A DNA stretch of 64,000 nucleotides from assembly GCA_002787035.1 (NCBI GenBank), contig PCVP01000034.1:15902-79901 (forward strand), given 5' to 3'. Each line of letters opens with the position of its first letter. The first letter of the stretch is position 1. The translations under genes were made by a program, and so were the position numbers. The notes beneath the pieces are model-generated. The model ran no database searches. It was not told where the DNA came from and was given only the letters and a program-made list of their open reading frames with translations. Positions 55,638 to 63,991 of this stretch are shown piece after piece. This DNA comes from Candidatus Peregrinibacteria bacterium CG11_big_fil_rev_8_21_14_0_20_49_14 (GTDB lineage: Bacteria; Patescibacteriota; Gracilibacteria; Peribacterales; Peribacteraceae).

Positions 55638-56197
55638 TCAGACTACCGCCCTCACTGTGACAAGAATGAGGAGCACTCCGACAGTATTCAGGAGGAAACA
55701 GATGAGACCAAAATCCGTGCGCTTCATCTTCGTCGTACCACTCACGAGCATCACACCGAATTCATCGGGCAACGGAGAGGCGATAACGATTCCCGCAAAT
55801 GACCAAAGGAGGATGTTTCGTAGCCGACCCGAGATGCGTTCGTGATGGAAAAGCGATTCCAGTCGTTGGAATACGCGGGTCGTCCGTAAGCTGTGGATTT
55901 CGTCATGGAAGATCGAGAACCGAATGAGTTGGAAAATGAGGAGATCCGAGAGAAGCGCCCCGGCACCCGCGAGTGGAGCGGCGATGAGTGGATGAACCTC
56001 AGACGCCATTGCAATGAAGATGCCCAACCCGAAGGGGGCGGTAAATCCGAAGCTGAAGAGCATGCCCCGAGGAACATTGAGAAGTAACCTCGTCCGTTCA
56101 GTGCGTGCCCCAGCCAATCGAACAAGCCTACGTGGTAGAAGACGTACGCTAGGGCGAAGCTACAGAGCAGGAGTAGTAGTTTTGGGTATTTGTTCAC
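55638..56197 (-). pseudogene. membrane protein split by a 1-nt frameshift
   Basis: MNKYPKLLLL...YFSMFL continues in another frame as GMLFSFGFTAPF...; the break is at the C4 run 56065-56068. Confidence 0.7.
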
Positions 56198-56313
56198 GAA
56201 TATATTATAGCATAAAAGTCGCATCTTCGGACGCAAATCACGCCGTCATTTTCCCTTTCGTCACTATCGAGGATGATGTCGTTGAGAGATGATATGCGTT
56301 ACTTTGAGTAGGT

Positions 56314-56949
56314 ATGAGAGACACTTCTGCACAATTTCTCGCCAGAAAGTATCGTGTGACCTCCTGGTTCTACGACATCCTCGACTATCCTTGGGAGCGG
56401 CAGTACCGGCACTGGCGGCCTCTGCTTTTGAATAACCTTGAAGGCGCAGTTTTGGAAGTGGGCGTCGGGACAGGGCGCAACCTCAAGCACTATCCCTCGG
56501 CAGCGCATGTGACAGGGGTCGATCTCAGTCCGGAGATGCTCGTGATCGCAAAGAAAAGAGCGCGACAAGCCAGATGCTCCGTCACACTCGTACAACAGGA
56601 TGCACTGCATTTGCGGGATCTGCAGTCCAGCTATTTTGACTGGTACATCGCGACATTCCTGTACTGCGTGTTGCCAGATCAACTGCAACCGCGTGCGCTC
56701 GAAGAAATGATCCGAGTTCTTAAGCCGGGAGGGAGGTTCAAACTTCTGGAGATCGTGTACTCGAAGGATGCACGTCTCAGACGACGACAGGAGTTCCTTG
56801 CTCCGCTCGTGGAGAAACTTTACGGAGCCCGCTTTGATCGCCGGACACTGGAATACTTGCGAGAGAAAGACAACATCGAGATCGTGAGCACGCGCTTTCT
56901 GAAAGCGGATACGTACCTTCTCATTGAAGGGCGCAGGAAGTCGGCTTGA
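56314..56949 (+). CDS. class I SAM-dependent methyltransferase
   Basis: VLEVGVGTG, GVDLSPEML and RVLKPGG motifs. Confidence 0.92.
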   Translation: MRDTSAQFLARKYRVTSWFYDILDYPWERQYRHWRPLLLNNLEGAVLEVGVGTGRNLKHYPSAAHVTGVDLSPEMLVIAKKRARQARCSVTLVQQDALHLRDLQSSYFDWYIATFLYCVLPDQLQPRALEEMIRVLKPGGRFKLLEIVYSKDARLRRRQEFLAPLVEKLYGARFDRRTLEYLREKDNIEIVSTRFLKADTYLLIEGRRKSA

Positions 56950-57006
56950 GAGTGGCAAAGGACAATCGGTCGTGACTCAATGGGGCATACTCGGTACTCT
57001 GTGGAC

Positions 57007-57657
57007 ATGGAAAAAGTTTGGTATATCTCCCACATCGATATCTTCGAGGGCATCCCCGACATGGAGATCATGCAGATCGCCGAGAGGGTGCAGGATCACC
57101 GCTGTACCTCACCCATGCACCTCTACAGTCCACATGATGGATTGGATCGCAATGTTTTCCTGCTCAAAGAAGGAGAAGTTGTTCTGTATCACTCCCGCGA
57201 CGGGAAGCGCACGATTTTCGATGTACTCGGCCCCGGGAGCCTCTTTGGAAACTTCCTGCCCAATGCAGAGGGGGCAACTCACTATGCCGAGGCGCTGCCG
57301 GGAAGCCGCATCTGCATTTTAACGCCAGAAGATTTTCAGAAAGTCGTTGCGAAGCACCCGGAAGTTCTGACGCGACTCCTGCAAAAACTCTCGTCGCGGC
57401 TCCACGACTACGAGCAGAAGCTGAAACTCGATACTGGCAGTGCTTTGGAAAAAGTCCTTGGTGAGCTTCGCAGATACAGCAGGAAGAAGCGCAACCCTTT
57501 CGCAATACTTTCTAAAGATGCGCCACTTGCGCTTTCGCACGAGAAAATAGGCGAATTGACCGGCCTCAACCGCGTCACCGTCACCCGCACGATCAAGTTA
57601 CTGAAACTACAGGGAGACATCGAAGTAGATGATAAGGGACGTATTACTCTCAAGTGA
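57007..57657 (+). CDS. CRP/FNR family transcriptional regulator
   Basis: cNMP-binding fold (LKEGEV, GPGSLFG) and HTH LSHEKIGELTGLNRVTVTR. Confidence 0.92.
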   Translation: MEKVWYISHIDIFEGIPDMEIMQIAERVQDHRCTSPMHLYSPHDGLDRNVFLLKEGEVVLYHSRDGKRTIFDVLGPGSLFGNFLPNAEGATHYAEALPGSRICILTPEDFQKVVAKHPEVLTRLLQKLSSRLHDYEQKLKLDTGSALEKVLGELRRYSRKKRNPFAILSKDAPLALSHEKIGELTGLNRVTVTRTIKLLKLQGDIEVDDKGRITLK

Positions 57658-57671
57658 GCCGAGAAAACGCT

Positions 57672-57713
57672 GTAGCGTAGGCTACTGAGCGTGGGAAGAA
57701 AGCTCGGTACAGT
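57672..57713 (+). promoter_or_regulatory. class II CRP-family activated promoter GTA-N8-TAC-N22-TAN3T
   Basis: GTA at 57672-74, TAC at 57683-85, a 22-nt spacer, then TACAGT at 57708-13. Confidence 0.6.
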
Positions 57714-57741
57714 TTCGCCATATCTTTCCCCATTTCTTCTT

Positions 57742-58272
57742 ATGATCCGCAAAATATTCTCTCTGCTCCTCGGTGCGACCGTTCTTGTACCCTCCTTTGC
57801 TTTTGCCGCATCGGATTCCATGATGATGGAAAACGACTCCATGATGTCCGGTGAGCACATGGGCATGATGATGACACACGGACTCGATGCATCGTGTGGT
57901 AGTCTCAGGAAACTCTCCACCGATGAAAAGGCACAGATGCTGACAGACATCGGTCATAACATGGATGCCGGAGCGCTGCGACAAGTCTATCGCTGCCTTT
58001 TCACAGGTGCTGCGAAAAAGCGCATCGCGCGTATCACCGACAATGCACTGAAGCTCGATCCGAAGAAGCCGGAGATGGTGTACTACATTCCGTCCACTCA
58101 ACAGTTCTTTGTGACCTGCACGGGCATGAAGACCGTCGCCTACGTCGTTCAGGGAAAGGACGTCACGAATCCGAAGCAGTACTTTGAAAAACATCATTCT
58201 GAATTCGCGGAGAGCGCAACGATGGCACGGATGATGTTCGAGGACATGATGAAGACGCAGATGATGAAGTAA
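57742..58272 (+). CDS. secreted Met/His-rich protein
   Basis: Signal peptide ending AFA; DSMMMENDSMMSGEHMGMMMTHG; Met-rich C-terminus. Confidence 0.75.
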   Translation: MIRKIFSLLLGATVLVPSFAFAASDSMMMENDSMMSGEHMGMMMTHGLDASCGSLRKLSTDEKAQMLTDIGHNMDAGALRQVYRCLFTGAAKKRIARITDNALKLDPKKPEMVYYIPSTQQFFVTCTGMKTVAYVVQGKDVTNPKQYFEKHHSEFAESATMARMMFEDMMKTQMMK

Positions 58273-58305
58273 CTCCTTTCCGTATTTCTTTACTCCTGTA
58301 TCGCT

Positions 58306-58863
58306 ATGACCAAATTTTTCTCTCTCCCACTGGCTGTTTCTGCGCTCGTTCTCCTGAGCGCCTGCCAAGGACCTCTCTCACGGCAGACGCAGGACGCTCC
58401 TCCGCGCAATGAGCCAACTCCGCAAGTGACGCAGGAACCTACGCCAACTGTTGTAGCAGAACAGGAGCCAGTGCAGACTCCTCCATCGCAAAAACCTGCG
58501 CCGACGCAGCGCTCCTACAAAGCAGGTGCAATCCAGCAATATAGTCCCGCTGCCTATGCTGAAGCGCTCGCGGACGGAAAAGACGTCATCATCGACTTTC
58601 ACGCAAGCTGGTGTCCGATCTGCGCCGCGAATGCTCCCGGTATTCGCGCTGCGTTTGAAAGCACAGCCAATCCGAATGTCGTTGGATTCATTGCAGACTA
58701 TGATATCGAAACCGCACTGGAGAACCAATTCGGCGTCTCCTCGCAGTCGACTCTCGTGAAGGTGCGCGGCGGCGAACCGAAGAATGCGGTGAAGGTCGGC
58801 ACAATCGGACCCGGACCCATCACACAGCAGCAGATGGAAGTTTTCATTCAAGCATCACAATGA
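58306..58863 (+). CDS. thioredoxin-family lipoprotein
   Basis: LSAC lipobox, P/T/Q linker and DFHASWCPIC. Confidence 0.88.
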   Translation: MTKFFSLPLAVSALVLLSACQGPLSRQTQDAPPRNEPTPQVTQEPTPTVVAEQEPVQTPPSQKPAPTQRSYKAGAIQQYSPAAYAEALADGKDVIIDFHASWCPICAANAPGIRAAFESTANPNVVGFIADYDIETALENQFGVSSQSTLVKVRGGEPKNAVKVGTIGPGPITQQQMEVFIQASQ

Positions 58864-59561
58864 CGGCTACCTCCTTTTTCTTCGCATTTCTGGCGGGGGT
58901 GATCACCGTGAGTTCACCATGCGTCATCCCGATCCTTCCCATCATCCTCGGCTCGGCACTCAAGAGAAATCGCCTCTACCCGTTCTTTATGATACTGGGA
59001 TTGGCGTTCACATTTTCTCTTTTGGGTGTGGTCTTCGGAAGCCTCGGTAGCTTCGTCGGCCTCGGAAAGAGGACGCTGGAGACGGCGGCGATCATCGTCC
59101 TCGGGATCATGGGACTCGTGATCGTCATCAAACCCCTGAGCGCCATATTCTCACAATGGACCGGCAAGCTGCTCGCATTTGGCACGCCGACATCAGGGCC
59201 ATCGGAATCGCCATTCCAGGCATTTGCTGTCGGCAGCACGCTCGGTATTGTCTGGGTTCCCTGCGCGGGACCGGTCCTTGCATCGGTTCTTGCAATTGCG
59301 GCGACGAGCAAAAGCGTGACACTCAGTTTCTTTCTCCTTTTCACCTATGCGGTCGGCGCGGGCATCCCCATGCTGCTCATCGCCTACGGCGGACAGAAGG
59401 CACTCAGCGGACGCAGATTTGTACAGCAGTATGCCGAGACGATCAAATACGTGTTTGGATGGATTCTGATCCTCACTGCGATCCTTCTTTATTTCGGCAT
59501 CTTCAAAAAGTTTGAGGCGTTTCTCCTTCCCTATCTCCCGAGTTACATCACAACATTCTGA
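58860..59561 (+). CDS. ccdA: CcdA family membrane disulfide reductase
   Basis: SPCVIPILP and WVPCAGPVL motifs; about 6 TMs. Confidence 0.9.
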   Translation: MTATSFFFAFLAGVITVSSPCVIPILPIILGSALKRNRLYPFFMILGLAFTFSLLGVVFGSLGSFVGLGKRTLETAAIIVLGIMGLVIVIKPLSAIFSQWTGKLLAFGTPTSGPSESPFQAFAVGSTLGIVWVPCAGPVLASVLAIAATSKSVTLSFFLLFTYAVGAGIPMLLIAYGGQKALSGRRFVQQYAETIKYVFGWILILTAILLYFGIFKKFEAFLLPYLPSYITTF

Positions 59562-59605
59562 TAGAATGTTCCTATTCCGTCTTCTAATTCTTTCCCCAAC
59601 TTTTT

Positions 59606-59752
59606 ATGGATAACGGTGACAAATGCGCCTGCGGCGCGGCGATGAAAGACGGCACTTGCTCCGGCTGTGGAGCCAAAGGCCAGGTCTGCTCCTCCACGGG
59701 TGGAGCATGCAGCGGAATGTGCAGTGCCTGTGCTGCAGGCAAGAAAATGTGA
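59606..59752 (+). CDS. metallothionein-like small Cys-rich protein (48 aa)
   Basis: MDNGDKCACGAAMKDGTCSGCGAKGQVCSSTGGACSGMCSACAAGKKM; 8 Cys; below the ORF-track cutoff. Confidence 0.7.
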   Translation: MDNGDKCACGAAMKDGTCSGCGAKGQVCSSTGGACSGMCSACAAGKKM

Positions 59753-59756
59753 AGAC

Positions 59757-59785
59757 GAGGGGCTCGCTGAGCCCCTCCATTTTTT
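59757..59785 (+). terminator. stem-loop / probable intrinsic terminator
   Basis: GAGGGGCTC-GCT-GAGCCCCTC followed by CATTTTTT. Confidence 0.6.
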
Positions 59786-61192
59786 ATGAAACGTTTACTC
59801 CTTATGATTGGCCTTCTCTCTCTTTCCGCGTGTAACTCCGCAGGAGCTGTGGATCGTGTCACACTGCTCGACGGCACCGAAACGACTCTGGAAGAGCAGA
59901 TCGCGGGGAAGCCTGCTATCGTGAACTTCTGGGCGGCATGGTGCCCCTTTTGTAAGGAGGAGCTGCCGCTCTTCGAGAAAGTCGCACGTGAACATCCGGA
60001 AATTTCCGTTATCGGCGTGAACCTTCAAGAACCCCTGTCGACCGTCAAGAATTATTGGAAAAAAGACGGCTACATGTTCGAGACTCTTCTCGACCCAAAA
60101 GCGGAACTCTCCCAAAAGTTTGGCGTGTTTACACAGCCGACGACCGTCTTCCTGAACGCTGCAGGTGACATTCTCTTCAAGAAGAATGGCCCCCTCACCG
60201 AGGAAGAATTGGCTGAGCGGGTGCAAGAGCTGAGCAGAAATGTGCCGATACAGTCGGAAAATACGTCACCATCGTGCGGATCCGGCTCGCTCGTCTGCAA
60301 TGGCGGATCATCTCCCGTCCCGTCACTGCTTTCAGATTGGTATCAGGGGCAGGTGAAGCACCTCATCCCACTCACAGATATTCTGAGCGGCGGACCGTCG
60401 AAGGACGGCATTCCTTCCATCGATACTCCGAAGTTCATTGCGGTGAATGATGCAACATTTCTCGCGGAGGGTGATCTTGGTTTGCTCCTGACGATAGGGA
60501 GCGATACTCGCTTCTATCCCTTCCGCATCCTCAACTGGCACGAGATCGTGAACGATACGGTTGGTGGAAAACCAGTGACGATCACGTACTGCCCTCTCTG
60601 CGCAACGGCGATTGTGTACGACCGGACTATCAGCAGAGGAATATCGGAATTCGGTGTGAGCGGTTTTCTCTACCAAAGCAATCTCCTCATGTACGACCGC
60701 CTGACGGACTCGCTCTGGAGTCAGGCGACAGCGCAGGCCGTCGTGGGGCCACTGACCGGAGAGCGACTGAAGCCTCTACGCAGCAACATTGTGCAATTCG
60801 GAACGGTACAGAAGCAGCATTCGGATGCACAGATCCTCAGCACCGACACGGGGCAGCATCGTGATTACAGTCGCAATCCCTACGAAGGCTACGAGCGAGA
60901 CAGCGGCACCTATTTCCCCGTAAGAAAAACCGATACGCGGCTGCATGCAAAAGATCTCGTCTATGGCATCGTTGTGGGCGGCAAGGCGAAGGCATACCCG
61001 CTCACGATTCTTCGGAAGAGCGGAACAATCAACGACGACATCGATGGAGTGGAAATCGAAGTCGTGTATGACGCCGAGACTCAAGTCGTCACCTTCCAAA
61101 ACTTAGAGAAAGGAGAGGAAATCATTCCTCTCTATGGCTTCTGGTTCTCGTGGGTGGCGCAGTATCCCACAACCGATCTCTATCAGGAATGA
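59786..61192 (+). CDS. lipoprotein: TlpA-like thioredoxin fused to a DUF3179-like domain
   Basis: LSAC lipobox, NFWAAWCPFC, then GGPSKDGIPSID, HEIVND, TYCPLC, SNLLMYDR.T.SLWSQ and FWFSW. Confidence 0.85.
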   Translation: MKRLLLMIGLLSLSACNSAGAVDRVTLLDGTETTLEEQIAGKPAIVNFWAAWCPFCKEELPLFEKVAREHPEISVIGVNLQEPLSTVKNYWKKDGYMFETLLDPKAELSQKFGVFTQPTTVFLNAAGDILFKKNGPLTEEELAERVQELSRNVPIQSENTSPSCGSGSLVCNGGSSPVPSLLSDWYQGQVKHLIPLTDILSGGPSKDGIPSIDTPKFIAVNDATFLAEGDLGLLLTIGSDTRFYPFRILNWHEIVNDTVGGKPVTITYCPLCATAIVYDRTISRGISEFGVSGFLYQSNLLMYDRLTDSLWSQATAQAVVGPLTGERLKPLRSNIVQFGTVQKQHSDAQILSTDTGQHRDYSRNPYEGYERDSGTYFPVRKTDTRLHAKDLVYGIVVGGKAKAYPLTILRKSGTINDDIDGVEIEVVYDAETQVVTFQNLEKGEEIIPLYGFWFSWVAQYPTTDLYQE

Positions 61193-61206
61193 TCATCCTT
61201 TTTCCT

Positions 61207-61572
61207 ATGAAAATCAGAGATATCCTCAAAATCACCGGCGTCCCCGTGGTCTTCGCTTCTCTCTGTTGCCTGAGTCCCGTCATCCTCGTACTCCTCGGCA
61301 TCAGCACCGTGAGCTTCGCAGGATCACTCGCAGATACGCTCTATGGCGACTACAAGTGGGTGTTTAGAGGCGTAGGCCTTGTGCTCCTGATCATCAGTCT
61401 TATTCTGTACTTCCGGAAGCGCGGCGTCTGCACGCTTGATCAGGCAAAGCGACACCGCAACGAAATCATGAATACCCTTCTCATCGCCCTGATCGCAGCG
61501 GTCGCCGGATATTTCTTCTTCCTCTACGTCGTCGTGGAGTACATCGGCATGTGGCTGCAGATCTGGTCGTAA
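61207..61572 (+). CDS. MerT-like 3-TM protein with CC motif (copy 2)
   Basis: ASLCCLSP and GVCT; homologue of 53668..54033. Confidence 0.7.
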   Translation: MKIRDILKITGVPVVFASLCCLSPVILVLLGISTVSFAGSLADTLYGDYKWVFRGVGLVLLIISLILYFRKRGVCTLDQAKRHRNEIMNTLLIALIAAVAGYFFFLYVVVEYIGMWLQIWS

Positions 61573-61609
61573 AGCTCATGCTGGTTCTGCATGAACCTCT
61601 CCGACTGTC

Positions 61610-63013
61610 TCACACGCAACAACTCAGCTTCGAGATATCCCTCGTGAAGGATAGTGCAACGATCTTGATCGATTCCGCCAGTGTTGGGAACATAGGAAGT
61701 GAACCTGTCACATCATCAATCGTGTTCTTGTTCCGAATCAGAATCATCGCTTCGGCGATCAGTTCTCCTGCATGGGGCGCGAGGATGTGGACACCGACAA
61801 TCCGCTTCGTCTCAGGGTCAATGATCATCTTGATCATACCCTCTGTCCGCCGCAGGATCATCGCCTTCGGCACGTCGGCGAAGTTGAGCGCGCGGCAGTC
61901 ACAGCGACCGGTCTCCTTGATGTATTCCTCCTCTGTGTAACCCACCCCCGCCAGCTCTGGATCGGTGAAGATCGTGTAGGGAACGGTATGATAGTCGATA
62001 CTCTTCTCCGAAATCGTGAGTGCATTCTCCGCTGCGAGCGTTCCTTCGTTTCCTGCTGTCGGCTCCAGACGCAGGGGGAGGTTGGTGACATCTCCCACTG
62101 CATAGATATGAGACTGCGTAGTTTGGAGGATTGGCTTTGTCACGATGGCCTTCTTCTTGTCCGTCTCCACCCCCGCTTTCTCCAAAGCCAAATCTGCTGT
62201 GTTCGGCGTCTTTCCGATGGCAAGGAGGATTTCGTCACCTGCGAGTTCCTCCTGCTTGCCTGCAACAGTGTAGGCGAGCATCTTCTTGTTTCCCTCCTTG
62301 TGTGCGCTCTTCACCTCGGCATTAAGGATGATCCCGATCCCTTCCTTTCTGAGCACTTCCTGCAATCGTTCCACCACAACCTTCTCGCCCAGGCGGAAGA
62401 TACTTCCGCTATGTTGGAGGATCGTGACCTTCGTGCCGAAACGGGCGAACATTTGTGCGAACTCCAACCCCACCGCCCCTGCCCCGACGACGATGAGTTC
62501 TTTCGGTTGTTTCGGTAGTTTGAGAGCCTCGACATGCGTCACGTAGCCCACCTCACGGATACCTTCAATCGGCGGAACGGTCGCGGTAGAGCCGGTGGCG
62601 ATGATGAACTTCTCTCCCCGTAGAGTTTCCCCATTGAGCTCCACTTCGTGCGGTGAGACAAAACGGGCTTTCCCGTCGAAGAATGTGACATGCTCTAGGT
62701 GCTTCAATACTTTCTGGTATTTCTCCTCCTGCATCCGTTTGACGAGTGAGAGTTCATCTTGCACGACCTTCTGGAAATCAAATCGCTTGATAGAAAGCTC
62801 GATACCGGGGATGCCGTGGTTCCGCGCTTGGTGGAGAACTGCTCCCGCATGAATGAGGGTCTTGCTCGGTACGCAGCCCACGTTCACGCACGTACCTCCA
62901 AGTGGAAGACCCTTGTTGATCATCGCGGTCTTGGCGTTCAGTTCATCAGCACGAATCGCTGCGCCGAAGGCTCCCGCGCCGCCACCGATGATGATGAGGT
63001 CGAAAGTTTGCAT
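61610..63013 (-). CDS. merA: mercuric reductase (no NmerA domain)
   Basis: GGTCVNVGCVPSK, FTDPE, FPTLAE in place of the LpdA HPT motif, and C-terminal LSCCV. Confidence 0.92.
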   Translation of the reverse strand: MQTFDLIIIGGGAGAFGAAIRADELNAKTAMINKGLPLGGTCVNVGCVPSKTLIHAGAVLHQARNHGIPGIELSIKRFDFQKVVQDELSLVKRMQEEKYQKVLKHLEHVTFFDGKARFVSPHEVELNGETLRGEKFIIATGSTATVPPIEGIREVGYVTHVEALKLPKQPKELIVVGAGAVGLEFAQMFARFGTKVTILQHSGSIFRLGEKVVVERLQEVLRKEGIGIILNAEVKSAHKEGNKKMLAYTVAGKQEELAGDEILLAIGKTPNTADLALEKAGVETDKKKAIVTKPILQTTQSHIYAVGDVTNLPLRLEPTAGNEGTLAAENALTISEKSIDYHTVPYTIFTDPELAGVGYTEEEYIKETGRCDCRALNFADVPKAMILRRTEGMIKMIIDPETKRIVGVHILAPHAGELIAEAMILIRNKNTIDDVTGSLPMFPTLAESIKIVALSFTRDISKLSCCV

Positions 63014-63016
63014 AGA

Positions 63017-63523
63017 TCAGCGGAAGGTACGACCGATGCTTTTTGCGGTCAGCATGATGAATAAAACTGAAAGGACTATGATTGCCCACACGATGTACCA
63101 GCGGTAATCGAGGAGCGCGAAGGCAACGGCACTCCCAATACCAATGAATCCTAGGACACCCACGATGCACGATGAACACGCTGCTGTTGCAAGAAGACCA
63201 GCGAAGGCAGTCCCGACAACACCCGTACTGCCCATGCCGACCATCGATGCCGTATTTGTGTGACAAGCCTTTCCGCATCGTCTGCGTTCAAGTTGGAGAA
63301 TAATGACTAGACTCAGGAGCGACGAAAGCAAAAGGAGGATGGCAACATCCGTCCCTCGAGTGATGGAAAGCTGGAATGCAAGACTATTACCCTGAATGGT
63401 GAGGATGGGAGTCGAGAAGAGAATGAGGAACATGAGCAAGGTGAGACCGAGGAAGAGAAACTTCCTCCTCGTGGAACGGAGTGCTTGGCCAATGCCATTG
63501 ATGATGAGATACAGTGTGTGCAC
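63017..63523 (-). CDS. membrane protein with CxxC motifs (mer-associated)
   Basis: About 4 TMs; RCGKAC and ACSSC; lies between merF and merA. Confidence 0.7.
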   Translation of the reverse strand: MHTLYLIINGIGQALRSTRRKFLFLGLTLLMFLILFSTPILTIQGNSLAFQLSITRGTDVAILLLLSSLLSLVIILQLERRRCGKACHTNTASMVGMGSTGVVGTAFAGLLATAACSSCIVGVLGFIGIGSAVAFALLDYRWYIVWAIIVLSVLFIMLTAKSIGRTFR

Positions 63524-63527
63524 GGGA

Positions 63528-63743
63528 TCAGGAATAATGCTTCCACTTCCTGTAGGCGAGGATTGTCACGAGGAAGAGAAGGACGAGCGTAGGCCACAGC
63601 ACATAATCCAGATACGGTGTAAGCGCACTCAAACCAACTGTTCCGAGGGTGACGACAAGGATGGAAGTGAAGCAGCAGATGGCAATTGCGACAGTGCCAA
63701 TGGCAGCCGCAGAGAAACCTTGTTTGGACGGTTGTCGGTTCAT
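63528..63743 (-). CDS. merF: mercury transport protein MerF
   Basis: AICCFT..LV..LG.VGLSALTPYLDYVL.P motif. Confidence 0.85.
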   Translation of the reverse strand: MNRQPSKQGFSAAAIGTVAIAICCFTSILVVTLGTVGLSALTPYLDYVLWPTLVLLFLVTILAYRKWKHYS

Positions 63744-63991
63744 CGAGATGGCAGGAGTGCTTCAGCCTCCTGCTCCGTGAGCTTTCCGACGTGCACGGTC
63801 TTGCCGTCACGAATGACGGTGGGCACCGCTTTCACGTCGTGGCTCTTTGCAGGCTCGCAGCACTCATCGCCTTGGCAACGATGCTCGACGACCTTGCAGC
63901 CGCATCCTCGCTTTTCGATGGCGGAGCGCAGTGTCTTGAGAGTTGTCCTGCACAGAGAACAGTCGGCGGAGATGACATCGAAGGTGGTCAT
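63740..63991 (-). CDS. small Cys-rich thioredoxin/glutaredoxin-fold protein
   Basis: CSLC, CGC, CxxxxCC and the VKAVPTVIRDG cis-Pro motif; ATGA overlap with merF. Confidence 0.75.
   Translation of the reverse strand: MTTFDVISADCSLCRTTLKTLRSAIEKRGCGCKVVEHRCQGDECCEPAKSHDVKAVPTVIRDGKTVHVGKLTEQEAEALLPSR

Noticed and set aside
61610..63013. Dihydrolipoamide dehydrogenase
   Set aside because: The C-terminal CC pair, absence of the HPT motif and linkage to merF indicate MerA.
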